Shown piece after piece: positions 12,553 through 25,764 of a DNA stretch of 64,000 nucleotides (position 1 is its first letter; each line of letters begins with the position of its first letter). The notes beneath the pieces are model-generated. The model saw nothing but the letters and a program-made list of their open reading frames with translations. It was not told where the DNA came from and made no database searches. Made by a program: the position numbers and the translations under genes. The DNA is from Lama guanicoe (taxonomy: Eukaryota): positions 3,872,799-3,936,798 of the forward strand of contig MU053588.1 of assembly GCA_013239625.1 (NCBI GenBank), given 5' to 3'.

Positions 12553-12741
12553 CTTTTTTGTAATTAATTTTTTATTGACATATAGTTGATTTACAATATT
12601 GTGTTAGTTTCTGGTGTACAGCAAAGTGATTCAGTGATATACATACACACACACACACACTCTTTCAGATTCTTTTCCATTATGGCTTATTACAGAATGT
12701 TGGGTATAGTTCCCTGTGCTCTACAGTAGGACCTTGTTTGG
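12553..12741 (-). mobile_element. Short L1 3'-end insertion
   Basis: L1 3'-UTR-like sequence with poly-T; TSD GAGTGATGCTTT (12541-12552 and 12742-12753). Confidence 0.8.
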
Positions 12742-13416
12742 GAGTGATGCTTTTTACCAAGTTGGGGAGGAGTAGTCTTGATGGGAAACTGACAAGCTTT
12801 GAACTTATTAACTTTGAGGTGCACGTAGGACGTAAGTTAAGTGGTTGCAGTTGGGAGAAGCCAGGGTTTGTAGATACAGAATTTTTACTGCCTTTTCATT
12901 ATGAAATTTTGAAAACATATATAAAAACATATAAAATTATTTAAAAAAATGTACCATAAAACCTTTGTGTATACTGGGTATGTGTTTGGTCTAAAGAACT
13001 CCCACCTACCCACCACCCAGTATGGACAGTCATCTACATTTTACTTGTTTCTTCTATTTCTTTCTGGTACATACATATAAGCACATTTTTTCCTTTAGTT
13101 TCTTTCCTTATTTTTTAAGCATTTAGGCAAATTGCAGCTGTCCTGTCATTTTATCAGTAACTATACAAGTATGCTATTTGAGGGGTCTGTTAATATATAG
13201 ATGGTATTTAAAGCCTTGGGATTTGCTGAAACCATCCAGACTGAGGGGGTGTAGAGAGCAGAGACTGAGCCCTGGGCCTCCCACATTTAGGAATCAGGAA
13301 AGGACCAGCATCCTGGACAGGGGCTAACAGGGAGCAGGAACATTAGGACAAGCGATGACCTGGGGCCAGGGGAACAAAGGGTTCCAAAAAGATGGTGATC
13401 AACTAGGGAGCAGGTG

Positions 13417-13556
13417 GGGAGGGCAGAACTCAGTGGCAGAGTGGGTGCTTAGCATGCACCAGGTCCTGGGTTCAATCCCCAGTCCATCCATTAAAAATAA
13501 ATAAATAAACCTAATCCCCCCCCCCAAAAAATTAAAAAACAAGAAAACAAGCAAAA
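13417..13556 (+). mobile_element. tRNA-derived SINE (Vic-like)
   Basis: GGGGAGGGCAGAACTCAGTGG...GGTTCAATCCCCAG...AATAAATAAACCTAAT, A-rich tail. Confidence 0.88.
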
Positions 13557-14689
13557 CCTAAGGGGCAGAGTTACGGGCAGTAGCTGGAGGTGGACATGGT
13601 GTCTGCCATGAAGAAAACATGGCTGTCTTATCCCCCTCTCAACTGTGTTACGGAAATGTTTCAATATCATAATACAGATTTTATAAGGAAAAGTTTATGG
13701 GTTCTTATTTTTCCTTAGCTTTTTACTGGTGAGGTATAACTTAAATGTGGCAAAATACAGAAAAGGCACAGATCTTAAGGGTACAGGTCAATGAATTTTT
13801 ATAAAATATATACTTGTGTAACCACTATCCAAGTCAAGATAAAGACCATTTCCAGCACCCCAGAAATTTCTCTTGGGCCCTTTCCCTGTCAACTCCCCCA
13901 CTCCAGAAGCAACCACTGGTCTGATTCTGGTCACTATGGTGAGTTGTGCCTGATCTTGAACTTGATATAAATGAAATCTTACAGCAGGCCTTCTGTGTTG
14001 TCTGCCTTCTTTAGCTCTTTGGTCTGTAAGGGTCTTCCCTTTTGTTGAACATAACAGGAGTTAGTTCTATAGAAACTTTGAAAGGATTTCCACACACTGA
14101 TTATTTCGCAATATCTAAAATAAAGCCTCTGAATATGAATTCCAGATGTTTTGCAGTTTGGTGACTCATAGGGAGCTTTAAGGATAATGGAGGATATAAA
14201 CTGCTTCATGTCCCAGTGGCGTGTTTTTAAGATGAGAGGGATGACAGCACGTTTGTGTGCTGATGGAAGTAAGAGCGGGGAAATGGACAAGAGAGGAGAC
14301 TCAGGACCTGGGTCCTCAAGAAGATGAGAGAAAGTGCAGACGGGGTACAGGTGGAGACGGGGTTGGACCTGAATAGAAGGAGGGCCAGCTCATCCTGGTA
14401 AAAGAAAAGAAAGTGTTACCATTTGACATCTCCAAATTATAAAAACCACTCTCCTTGTCTTTATATGTTGGAACTATTCCACACAGCATCAATGCTCAGA
14501 ACAGGTCCTTGGCGTGCAGTCTGGTGTTGATGGAGATGATATGGCTTCCTATATGGATCATAGTGAAGAACTGGCCAAACACTGGCGATGTTTGTTCTAT
14601 GTGGGTGAAGCAAAATGGATGCGAGAGTGGTGTGCAGTTACAGCGAGGAGTCTTTGGGAAGGAAGAGGAGTCCTGGGGCAGGAGCAGCT

Positions 14690-15450
14690 GTGATACTGTC
14701 ATTTGTAATAAATATGTACTTAGTCTTTGTCCTGGAGTCTGGCACAGAGCTCCCAAAACTGTTGGAACTTCCTGTGATGAGAACAGATGCCACAGTCTTT
14801 TGTTATGTTAATGAGGTGGCTTTTGGAAAGCACCTAGGTAACCTAAGGATGGCTGGTTGCCAGGGGACCCGACCATGTGATTAGAGGGTTGAGACTCCTA
14901 GTCCTACACCTCCGCCTCCAGGGAGGGCAGAGGGGTTGGAGGGCAAATCAAGGGCCAATGGTCAATGATATAATCAATCATGACTATATAATGGAGCCTC
15001 CATAAAAAACTCAAAAGCATGGGGTTTGGAGAGCTTTCAGGTTGGTTGAACGTGTGATTTGGAGAGAGAGGTACCTGGAGAGGGTATGAAAGTTCCCTGC
15101 CCCTTCCCTGTACCTTACCCTAGGCATCTCTTCCCTGAAGTAGTTCCTGAGTTACTTCTTTTCATAATAAACCAATAATCTAGTAAGTAAATAGTGTCTC
15201 TTGGTTCTGTGAGCCACTCATCAAACCCAAGTAAGGAGTTGCTGAAACCTCTGATCTGTAGTCAATTGGTCAGAAGCACAGGTGACAGCCTGGACTTGCA
15301 ATTGGCATCTGAAGCGGGGAGGGTTGGGGGAGTCTTGTAAGACCAAGCCCTTAACCCATGGATTCTGATGCTGTCTCCAGGCAGTGTCAGGGTTAAGTTG
15401 AATTGTGGTGTCTGAGAATTGCTTGGTGTGGGGAAAAACGTCACACACTG
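14690..15450 (+). mobile_element. MER21-like LTR
   Basis: CTGGCACAGAGCTCCCAAAAC...CATGTGATTAGAGGGTTG...GGTCAGAAGCACAGGTGACAGCCTGG; family from memory. Confidence 0.7.
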
Positions 15451-18104
15451 GAATTGGGTGCAGAATTCTGAGCAGCCAGGACAGGGAGGCTGGAGGAGGG
15501 CTGGGGCCAGAGCCTAGAGAGCCCCTGCTCTGCTACCCCCCACCCCCAGCCACAGGTGAGGCCTGTGGGTGTATTCACACTATCCCGTAGTGAAAACAAA
15601 TGCATACCTGGCTGGTCCCAAGAAGCAGGTACCAGGTGTGCAGCACGGTTCTTTCAAAGTTGGGCAGAAGGAGTCAAGATGGGAGGGACGTGAGAGTTTT
15701 CGGGACTGGAAACGTCAAGCTGGAGCTGCGTGGTGGCTACTTGGGTGAATGCATTTGTAAAAATCAACTAAGCCTACACTTAAAATTTGTGTACTTTATA
15801 TAAAATCAGTCTCAGTCAAAGAGAAAGTGACTTAAGCCTAGGAGCTAGACTTTGACAGAAGGGCAGGTGGGAGCCATGGAAAGGTTTTGAGCAAGAGAAG
15901 GGCCCAGTCGTGTCTGGGGCCATGTAGTGGGGGAGAGGGGGTTGTATGTGTGGGAGAGGCCCTGCCCTGAGCCTGGGCTTCTGACTGCCTCTCTAAGCCT
16001 GGTAAGCCCCAGGCCTCTCTGGACCCACTTTTCTCCACCCAATTCTCTTCTGGGAGAGGAGGCAAGACAGAAGGAGGAGAGAGAAATGGCCAAAATCACT
16101 GTGAGACAGAGTCCCTCAAGGACAGAGCCCTCCGACTCATGCCTACAGCCCCCACCCCTGGTGCAGGGCCTTCAAGAAGTGCCAGTTGTTTGAGGGGATA
16201 GCAAAGGTTGAGGGGTGGGGATCAGGACCCATGCCCCACAGTGGAGAATGGGGGCAGGGAGGTGAATCTGGATCCGAGATAATTCAGAACAGGAGCTCGC
16301 TTGTGTGTGCCCTTAGTCACTTAGGCAAAGCCCCCTCTAACCAGTTCCCATCTCAGTGAAACTAACGTGGCAGGTGATGAGCTTCTGGCCATCCCAGGTG
16401 GTCAGCGTGTTCATTCATTGCTATTCACCGAGGCTCTGCATACGCCAGGCCCTTGACATTGAAGACATGATAAAGAACAAAAATGAAAATCTTGGATGTA
16501 ATGATCTCCGAGTGTCTGAATGGGCAGCTGTCTAAGTGCTGGGGCACTCCAGAGCCAGGCTGCCGGGATCAGATCCCAGCTCCCCCGGCTCTTTCTTGTG
16601 GCTTTGGGCAGGTTTCTTAATTTCTGTGTCTCAGTTTCTTCTTCTGTCAAATGGGACCAGTAATACCCACCTAACCTCCTTTTGCAGAGGTTCTGTGAGA
16701 TCATTTATATAAAGGACTTAACATGGGGCTTGGTGCAGTAAATATTCTTGTGATAGAGGCAGGTTCATGGGGCTCTGGGAGCTTCAGAGAGGGCCTCCTG
16801 GAGGAGGGGATGTCTAAGCTAAGACCCAAAGGAGAAGTAGGAAGGAGTTTACCAGCTGAAGCAGAGTAGACTAGGAAGGGAATGAGTCTGCAGGGGATCT
16901 GGCAACACTGAAGAGGCCTTACTGCAGGGGGAGGGTGTTGGAAATATCTTTGGAGGGCCCGTCTAGTTCCCGTTGACTCTCCTCCCCACATAGGCTGGCG
17001 GCCAGAGGAAGGGCAATCAGTGGGAGTGGGTGGCTTAGGCCCCAGTTTAGCTCTGGGGGCTGAGGGGCGAGGCTGGCTGTGGACCTGCAGGGAAATCCAA
17101 AGATAGCTCAGCAGAGGATGACTGGCAGCCTGGGCTTCCCCACAAATCAGAGGAAGTGAGGATGAATCAGCCTCTCAAAATGGAACAAAGTGGCGGTGGG
17201 AAGGGAGACCTAGGTCTGGGGTCCAAGGCCACTCTGCCTGTGACTCACCTCAAGTAGGGCAGAGAAGTCGGGCTCAGGAGCAGAACGAGATGGGTGTGAA
17301 TCTGGGCCCTGCAGCCCAGATTCTCTCTCTGTCTCTGTCTCTCTTTTCTTTTTAATTATTTTAATTTTTCTTACTTTTTTCTGGCCCTACTCCTCTTGAA
17401 ACCTCAGTTCCTGTGTCTGTACAGTGGGATGGAGTGGGGCAGGGAGTGGGGGTGGTGATTTATAAAAAGAGAGCGCAGAGCTGGGCATACAATAGACCTC
17501 CCCTTTTCCTGTCTGAGTCCCGGCAGATACGAAAGGAGTATGTGGGTTGGTCTGGGGTTCCTGTTAAGTCTCCTGATGGGTGAGTTGTCATCTAGGTTCT
17601 GGTGGATATGAGTAGAGGGAAAAAGGCAGCAGAGAAAAGAAAAAGGGCCTCCATGCATTCCTTGTGTCTGAAAATCAATAGCATAATAAAAACAATTAAG
17701 TATCTCACTTCGATTTGCTTCTTACTAAATGCCTGACCTCCCCGCTGCCCCGCTGTGCCACTCCTGGTTTTAATCTTCACAGCAGTCCCATGGGGAGGTT
17801 GGCTTCATCTTACAAGTGAGGCAAAATGTTCAGAGAGGTGAAGCCACTTGCCCAAAGTCATACAGCCAGTGGATGGCAGAGCCAGGATTTGGACTGTGAT
17901 CTGTCTAAATTGGAAGCCCTTGCTCTTAACCTCAGATCTGGGCAAGGCAGGGGGCCGGTGTTGAGGACTCACTAGCCTACAGACCTGGGAGGGCACTTCT
18001 GGAGGCCTCTGTTCTATAGATGAGGAAACAGGTTAAGAGAGGGCAAGGGCCTTTCAGTGGCCGACCTACTTGTTTGGAGTGTGGTTATGTTTAGAAAGAA
18101 ACAG

Positions 18105-18671
18105 TAACTTCTGACTTTTACATTTATTACAAATAATGCACCCTCCACCCCCCAGTCCACCTTATCCAGACAGGTAATTATCTGCTGCTCTGGAAAAATG
18201 GTGTCCTCCTCGCTCTCCCACCAGGGAACGCTGCCTCCCACCTCATCCCAGCCTCAGGCCTGGTTCCTTTGGCTCTGCCGGCCAGCGGGTGACTGGGGCA
18301 GCCCAGGATCCTGGACACCCCAACTCCCCTCCTCCTCTGGGACCCAGGAGTCCCAGCTCCCAGGCAACTCCACGTCTCACTGAAAGCAGGTGGTCGTCTG
18401 TAGCAGCAGAGTGAGGGTGTTTTTGTCGAGGGTATTGGGGTAGGGGTGACCATTTTCCCATTTGGGGCCTCGGTGGGGGTTGGGCCATGGCCTCCCTCCT
18501 TCAGCCAGTGTCCCCTCCGGCAGCCAGCAGCAAGTCAGCCCACCCCAAGGTGGGGCCCCCTTAGATCCTCACACTTGAGGTGCTTTCTGCCTGGGGCTGC
18601 GTCAGGAGTAGCAGGGAAAATGTCCTTGACCTCAGTCCTGGAGAAAGTAGTCTGGTTCTTCCTCCGTGGGT
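18105..18671 (-). other. KCNN4: KCNN4 terminal non-coding exon (3' UTR)
   Basis: Pyrimidine tract plus cag acceptor at 18672-18674; AATAAA on minus strand at 18123-18128; resembles the human 3' UTR as recalled; 3' end approximate. Confidence 0.8.
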
Positions 18672-19106
18672 CTGGGGAGACACAGAGAAATGGCTAGACA
18701 GGCAGGCCAGACACCAGAGGGAGGGCCAGAGCAGGGGCACTGAAGTAGAGACAGACAGGAACCAGTGGGTGGAGGAGGAGGGTGGGTGGACTTGATACCA
18801 AGAGACAAGGGTGTGGATGGGCACTTGGGCAGAGCCAGAGAACATGTCCAGGGACAGGCAGAGACAGAGACCAAGCAAAGAGAGAGGGAGAGGGTTCTGA
18901 TCGTCAGCGGAGGGCAGAAGGAATGTCTGCTGCTTTTGCTGCCAGTTCAGCCCGGAACTTGGAGTCCTTTCCTCCAGACAGAGCCAGAGCAGAAGAGAAA
19001 GAGTGGCTGGATCCCCATCTCCCACGCCCTTAGCCACGTGAGGTGCCAGCCACAGGCATCCTTCCTCCAGGATGCTCTCCTGCCCAAGTCCCAGCCCCCT
19101 CACCAG

Positions 19107-19271
19107 CTACGTGGCCTCCTGGCTTGGTTCTGGAAGCTGCCGGGGCCCCAGGGCCGCACTAAGCAGCTCGGTCAGGGTGTCCAGCCTCCCTGCCAGCGCG
19201 TCAATCCGCTTCTCCAGGGCCTGGTGTGAGCTGCTCAGACCCAGCTGCAGGTCACACAGGATCATGTGCAT
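19107..19271 (-). CDS. KCNN4: KCNN4 exon 8 (coiled coil, stop)
   Basis: [57 protein letters not shown] then CTG|gtgagg donor. Confidence 0.96.
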   Translation of the reverse strand: MHMILCDLQLGLSSSHQALEKRIDALAGRLDTLTELLSAALGPRQLPEPSQEAT

Positions 19272-20392
19272 CTGGGCAGGGAGAGGTCGGAGGGATCAGG
19301 GGGCTGGGGAAGGTGCCCTCCCGCCCTGTGGGGTGAGGCAGCAGAACCATCATTGACTAAACCCTTACAGGCTCTTGGGGATTATGCCCAATAAAAGCAG
19401 TTACCATTCCTGCCACATCCCAGCCACCTGGCCCAGTGCTTCTCATATATAGTTTAAAATCCTCCTAAAAGTGAGGGGAACGAGAATCTTGTTTCCATTT
19501 TTAACAGCTGAGGAAACAGGCCTGGAGCTGTTAAAGGACACGCCCAAGGCAGCACCTAGAATAGGGAGGCCCTGGGACGTAGTAGGTGCTCACTTAAATC
19601 TTTGTAGCCTTGATGACCGCCTGGCTTCACAATCCACACAATCCGTGTCCCCTGCCTTCTCAAACTAGGATTCCCAGCTTCATCCTTGAGGGTGTGAGAG
19701 CTTTCTGTGAGAACTCTTAACTTCCGTGTTTTGGGCCAGATGGATAGCCTTGGAAATCAGGACCTGCCAATTCCGGCACATCTAGGCCACCACTGCCTCA
19801 CGGAGGCCTGCCGTGCAGTTCAGGGGCCGGCATCTGGGGCTGTGTTTACCATGGCACAGGTGCCAGGGGCCACTGTTTGAATTGTCGCGGACTAGTGAGA
19901 AAAAAACAAAGGCTACCGGATTAGCAAGAGGTTCAGTGAGCCAAGCTGTGGGCCACAGGGCAGGGTGCTGACATCACCACCTCCTCCTGGCACTTCAGAG
20001 TCAAGTGGTCCCAGCAGGGAGGGCCAGCTGAGTCACATCTTGGCCAGGCAAGGGTGCCCAGGATAGGAGCACCCAGGGCCTGGGGCCCCGTCTTCACAGT
20101 AGCAGCACAGATTGAGTTTTCCCGAAACAGTGTCACCCTTTTGTGTGTCGGGGCTTTTAATTTGCATTTTATTGCTCTGCCCTTTATGTTTGAACTTGGT
20201 TTGTCAATTTGCTTTGGTTTTATTGTTGTACAAGAGTTGTAGTTGAAGGGAATTTTTGTATCCGTCTAGTGCAAATAATTTAACATCAAACAGTGGAGTT
20301 CTTTGTACAAATTCTTTTAAGTTTGGAGGAAGCTGCATCTTACAGGAGGAACTCTGTTGCATCATTCACTCATTCATTCACTTATTCATTCA

Positions 20393-20599
<207 letters not shown>

Positions 20600-20932
20600 T
20601 CAGAAGTGGCCCTAGCTCAGGGGTGAAGTGAGGGGAGGAGAGACCCACGGAGAAAAGTTCAAAGAGGAAAAGCCAGAGAACTGAAGGGATGGGAGATGGT
20701 GGCTGCACCTGTGAGCCTACCTCCCAGGTAGAGGCCCAGGCATCCAGTCCCCCAGGCCCTCTGAGACATGCAAACTGAACTGTCACAGACACACGGAGTC
20801 AGTGTGAGGTCCAGGTGGGCCCGCACGTGGGCATCCCAACCTGGCCACGCATTCCTGCTTGGACACACAAGCTGTGCAGAGAGGAGGAGACGCGGACACA
20901 GATGCACACGGCATGCACACAGAGGCCCTCAC

Positions 20933-21051
20933 GTGTTGATGGCGGCCAGCAGCCTGCGCTGGTGCCTGCGGGCTGGTCTGGAGTCCTTCCTGCGCGTGTG
21001 TTTGTAGAACATCCAGGACTCTTGAAGCACCCGGGCGGCTGACTCCTTCAT
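20933..21051 (-). CDS. KCNN4: KCNN4 exon 6 (calmodulin-binding domain)
   Basis: [39 protein letters not shown]; tag/gtgagg; 119 nt. Confidence 0.97.
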
Positions 21052-21054
21052 CTA

Positions 21055-21381
<327 letters not shown>

Positions 21382-23523
21382 CTAGTTGACAGAGAAGCAT
21401 ACAGGCCTGGAGAGAACCAGGGTCTCACAGCTCCGACAAGCAGAGCCAGGATCCTAAATTACATGTCTGGGGTCCAACTCCTGGGTGTGGCTTTTACACC
21501 ATTAGACAGGCCTCTTTTGTTAAGAGTGTGATTGGAGATAGGAGAGAAGGGCTGGTTTTGAGTGAGGGGCCAAGGTCTGGCTCCTGTGGGACCCCTTCCT
21601 CCCCACAGCCTAGCCGGCCATCAGGTCACCAAGGGTGTCCCTCCCCCTCCTTCCCACTTCCTCAGCCTCTGCCCTGCTCTTGCTGTGTCCTCTCCCTCCT
21701 GGACATTCTCTAGCCTCCTCCTTATCCCACCCAAACCCCAGGGAGATCTAATACCCAATTATGACCCTGCCCCCCTCACATTAATCTTCTAGGCTCCAAC
21801 TATCGCAGACTTCATAGAGCGGCTTTTAAGGCCTTCCAAGGTCTAGGCTGCTCTTCCTTCTCTGCCCAGCCTCCCTCCCAGGCAACTCAGCCTCAGCATC
21901 ATTCTTTCTCACCTGCCTGAGCACCTTGGTCTGAACAGTCACTGTTTTCCCTTCCTTCTCCCAAGGCCTCTGATCCTTCAAGGCCCCATCAAATCCCATT
22001 GCTCTATAGCACCTGTTCACTCTCCCTGGAGTTGGAATCGGTCTTTGTAGCCTTCCTCCACCCTATGTGTTTCAGCTCTGGACCATCAGAACTGGTTTGT
22101 CATTTACCAGTTACCAACATTGGCTTGGGGACTGCCTCGGTTCCAAGTCCAGCTCTGTGCAAGTTATCTAATCTCGAGTTTCTTATTTGTAAAATGGGCA
22201 CACCCTCACACTATTACTCCAAGGGTTCCATAAATTAACACCTGGAAAGTCGTCAGAGCAGGGACTGCACAGAGTCTGTGTCCAATAAAAGTTAGCCATT
22301 ATTACTATTATTATTATTATTGTTACTGTTGTTATTTTGAAGCTGGGGAAGGTAGCCATTATTATTCCGTTGTTCCATGGAACCTCTGGGCCAGGAGTGG
22401 GCTGTGCGCTCTAGTGCAGGTCACTTTCTCTGTCTCTGTCTCAGTTTCTCCTTTTCAAATGAGACAGGAGGTCCCAGGCAGCCCTGAGGGTCCCTGACCC
22501 TTTGGGAGTGTTGTGCTGGCTGAGCCTCTGCCCCGCTTCCTAGTTGGAAAGACTCACCAGTTGGTGGGGAAGGGGAGTTGTCACATTTCCCTGCCACCCC
22601 ATCCAGCACCTGTGGACCCAGGGCTGGAAGATTCAGCATGTCCTTCCTGGGACAACAACAGAACTGGGGGAGGGCAGCTTGAGTCCCTGAGGGTGAGGGG
22701 AGCCAGATCTCATGGGAACATGAAGGCCAAGGCATTGGGGGCTGGGTACTGGAAGGGGATAGAGGCTGGGTGGGGGGAACTGGAGGCCTGGGCCTCTGAA
22801 GGGAAGGGAGTGGTTGTCTAGATTTGGGAGGAGGCTTGAGTCTGGGGCTTGGGGAGCCTCTGCCTCATCCTTGAGGACCCAGGAGCTGGGGTAGGGATAG
22901 TTGGATGCTTGGAACCAGTTACGATAACAGTGTCAACCATCCCTACCCCCTGACCCATTTATGGGGCATTTCCTATGTGTTTTAGACCCTTTACATGGTT
23001 TAATTCATTTAATATTCTCAGGAAGCCCATGAGGAGGACAGTGGTATCAGCAGCCCTGGTTTTATAGATGAGGAAGCTGAGGCCCAGAAAGGTTATATGG
23101 CTGACTCCCAGCTAGGAAGTGGCAGGAGCAGGATTCGGACCCAGGCAGCCTGCACGCACAGGCTGCTCTTGATGATTGGACTCAGTCGCCCTAATGGAGG
23201 CTGGGAGACTGGGTTCCTAGGTGTTGGAGGAGCCTAGAGCTAAGAAACCAGGTTCTTGAGTGATTGAGAGGGCAAGTGGCGGGGGAGACAAGACACCCAC
23301 GCCTTAATGGAGCTCTGCACTGGATTCCTGGATCCTGGGAGGAAACAGGGCTGGGAAGTCAGGGGCCTTTGTTCCTGAGGAGGATGACGGCTGGGGTCCT
23401 AGGTTCTGGAGAGAGCAAGGACTTTGGGGATGGATTCTTGGGTTTTCAAGGGAAACAGGGCTGGCTGGTGTCTGTGTCCTGGACTGGGAACGGGACTGTA
23501 GGGACAGACACCCAAGTTTCTCA

Positions 23524-23778
<255 letters not shown>

Positions 23779-24669
23779 TTAGTTCACAGCCGCCCCAGGG
23801 GTTTCTGTGATGTTTGATACCGTTTTTATTAACATGTACCCACTGTCCCAAGAAGCATTCAGAGAAAAAGCCAGTAAGAACTGGGCTTTGGCGCCTGGCT
23901 TTCTCTTTGCTGTGAGATTTGAACCTGGATCCGGCCAATTCCTAAGCCTGTTTGGTTTTAGCTAGGCTACCAGGGCCGCCAGGCATGTGGTTGAGGGGGT
24001 TTAGAGGGGGCCACTTGTCAGACTGGCAGAAGGCTACATGACCCCGAGGAAAGGGCACCTTTTTCTAACTTCTCACAAACTCCCAGGTCCCTGATACGGC
24101 CTGGAGACGTCCCTATCAGGACTAGAAAGGTGGGACTCTAAAAAGGCTTGGCAGGACTCTACCCTCTTTCCCCCTCATTTCATAGAAAGGGACATTTTAG
24201 GCAGTCATGGAAGGGATTGAAAATCAGGGTTTGTCTAACTCTGACCCACAGTTAGACCAAAGCAGGGAAAGCGTCATTCATCAGCGCCCCAGATACTCAG
24301 ACCCACTGAATTAGTGTCTGGAGGTGGAGTTGAATCTTCACTAAGCCCCACCCGCCTCATCCCAAAGTACATTCCAGTTTGAGGACTTCTGTCTTGGGAT
24401 TTAGCAATTTGACTTCCTCCCCATCCTCCCATTTTTCAGCTGAGAGAATTAGCAGGAGGATCACTTACAGATCCTGACTGATTTCCCCACTGAGAGAACC
24501 GAGATCTGTAAGACGAATGAGTTTAAAAGCTTGAAAGATTAGAATTGCCAGGGAGATTTTAAAGATGGTGGAATTTGACACCCATTTTACAGAGGCTCAG
24601 AGAGAAGAGATCTAAGGGCAGATCTTCTCATTCACCACCTCCCCTCAAAAATCCTTTACCAAATGTACT

Positions 24670-24850
24670 AGAGTAGAAGTTCTCAGACTTGAGACAGCAT
24701 CAGAATCAACTGTTAAAACAGATTGCTGGGCCCCTCCCACCAAGAGTCTTGGATTCCATAGATCTGGATGGGGTCCTGGGAATTTGGATATGCAACCAGT
24801 TCCCAAGTGATGCTGCTGGTCCTGGAACTACACTTTGAGAACCACTGGCC
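24670..24850. mobile_element. MER5A-like DNA transposon
   Basis: GCATCAGAATCA...TTAAAACAGATTGCTGGGCCC...CACTTTGAGAACCACTG. Confidence 0.8.
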
Positions 24851-25333
24851 AAGACTACCCCCGATTTCTTTACCTGTAAGATAAATGGAGGCCCTCAAAA
24901 GGTACAGGCCCAGCACCAGGTCAAAGTCTAGCAGGCAGCCTGGAATTCCATACCATTTCCCTGCAGGGCAGTCCCTTCCAGAGCAGCCCCCGGGTCACCC
25001 GGAGTGCCTACGGTGCATCTGTGCTAATTCAGAAAAGGTGTCCGGTTCTTCAGTGCAGATGCAGCCCTTGGCCAGGCCCCAGCGCCTAGCTTTGGAGACT
25101 GAACGGATGCCTGGAAACCTAAGGTAGGAGAGGTTTGAAAGCAGGAAGGACAGGGCTTCCTGGGGTCTGTGTGTGTCTGGGGAGACTGGAGGCTGCAGGT
25201 GGAGGAAAGGGTCTGGGGCTGGCCTGTGGTGTCCTCCCACCCCAGTGGGTGAGAGTATGGACAGATAGCTTTCCCCAAGTGGCTCCTCCAGATGCTCCAG
25301 GTACCCTCACTCCACACCCTCCAGCACCCTCAC

Positions 25334-25764
25334 CTCTCGGCCACCGACAGCACCCAGGCGGTGGTGAGCCAGAGGCCAAGCGTGAGGCAGAGCAGTAGGC
25401 GGCCGGGGTGCGTGTTCATGTACAGCTTGGCCACGAACCAGTGGCGGAAGCGGACCTGGTTGAGCGCGCCGATGCTGCGGTAGGAGGCGTTGAGCAGGAC
25501 GCCGCTGCGCAGGAGCACGGCGCGGGGCACGAGGTAGAGGCGCAGCAGCATGACCAGTGACAGCACTGCCTCCCCCTGGCCCAGGAAGCCCGGCCAGGAC
25601 TGCGTGACCGCTGTCTGCTGGGACCTGGAACGCAGCGTGCACGGCGGGCCACTCCCAGGCACTGGGTGCAGCCCGCATACCACCAGCTCCAGCACGATCT
25701 GCGCCACCTGCCGCCCGGTCAGCGCCACACGCCAGTCGCGGAGCCCGTTGTCCGTCATGAACAA
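25334..25764 (-). CDS. KCNN4: KCNN4 exon 3 (S3-S5)
   Basis: [15 protein letters not shown]...[14 protein letters not shown]...WVLSVAE(R); cag/gtgagg; 431 nt. Confidence 0.97.

Noticed and set aside
17455..17700. TATA-like TTTATAAAAAG, GTGAGT donor and AATAAA on the plus strand downstream of KCNN4
   Set aside because: Short motifs expected by chance; no ORF or RNA-family similarity
21915..22625. Partial RE1-like words in KCNN4 intron 4 (GAGCACCTTGGTC, CAGCACCTGTGGAC)
   Set aside because: Right half-site missing or mis-spaced; far weaker than the pair at 35946-35999
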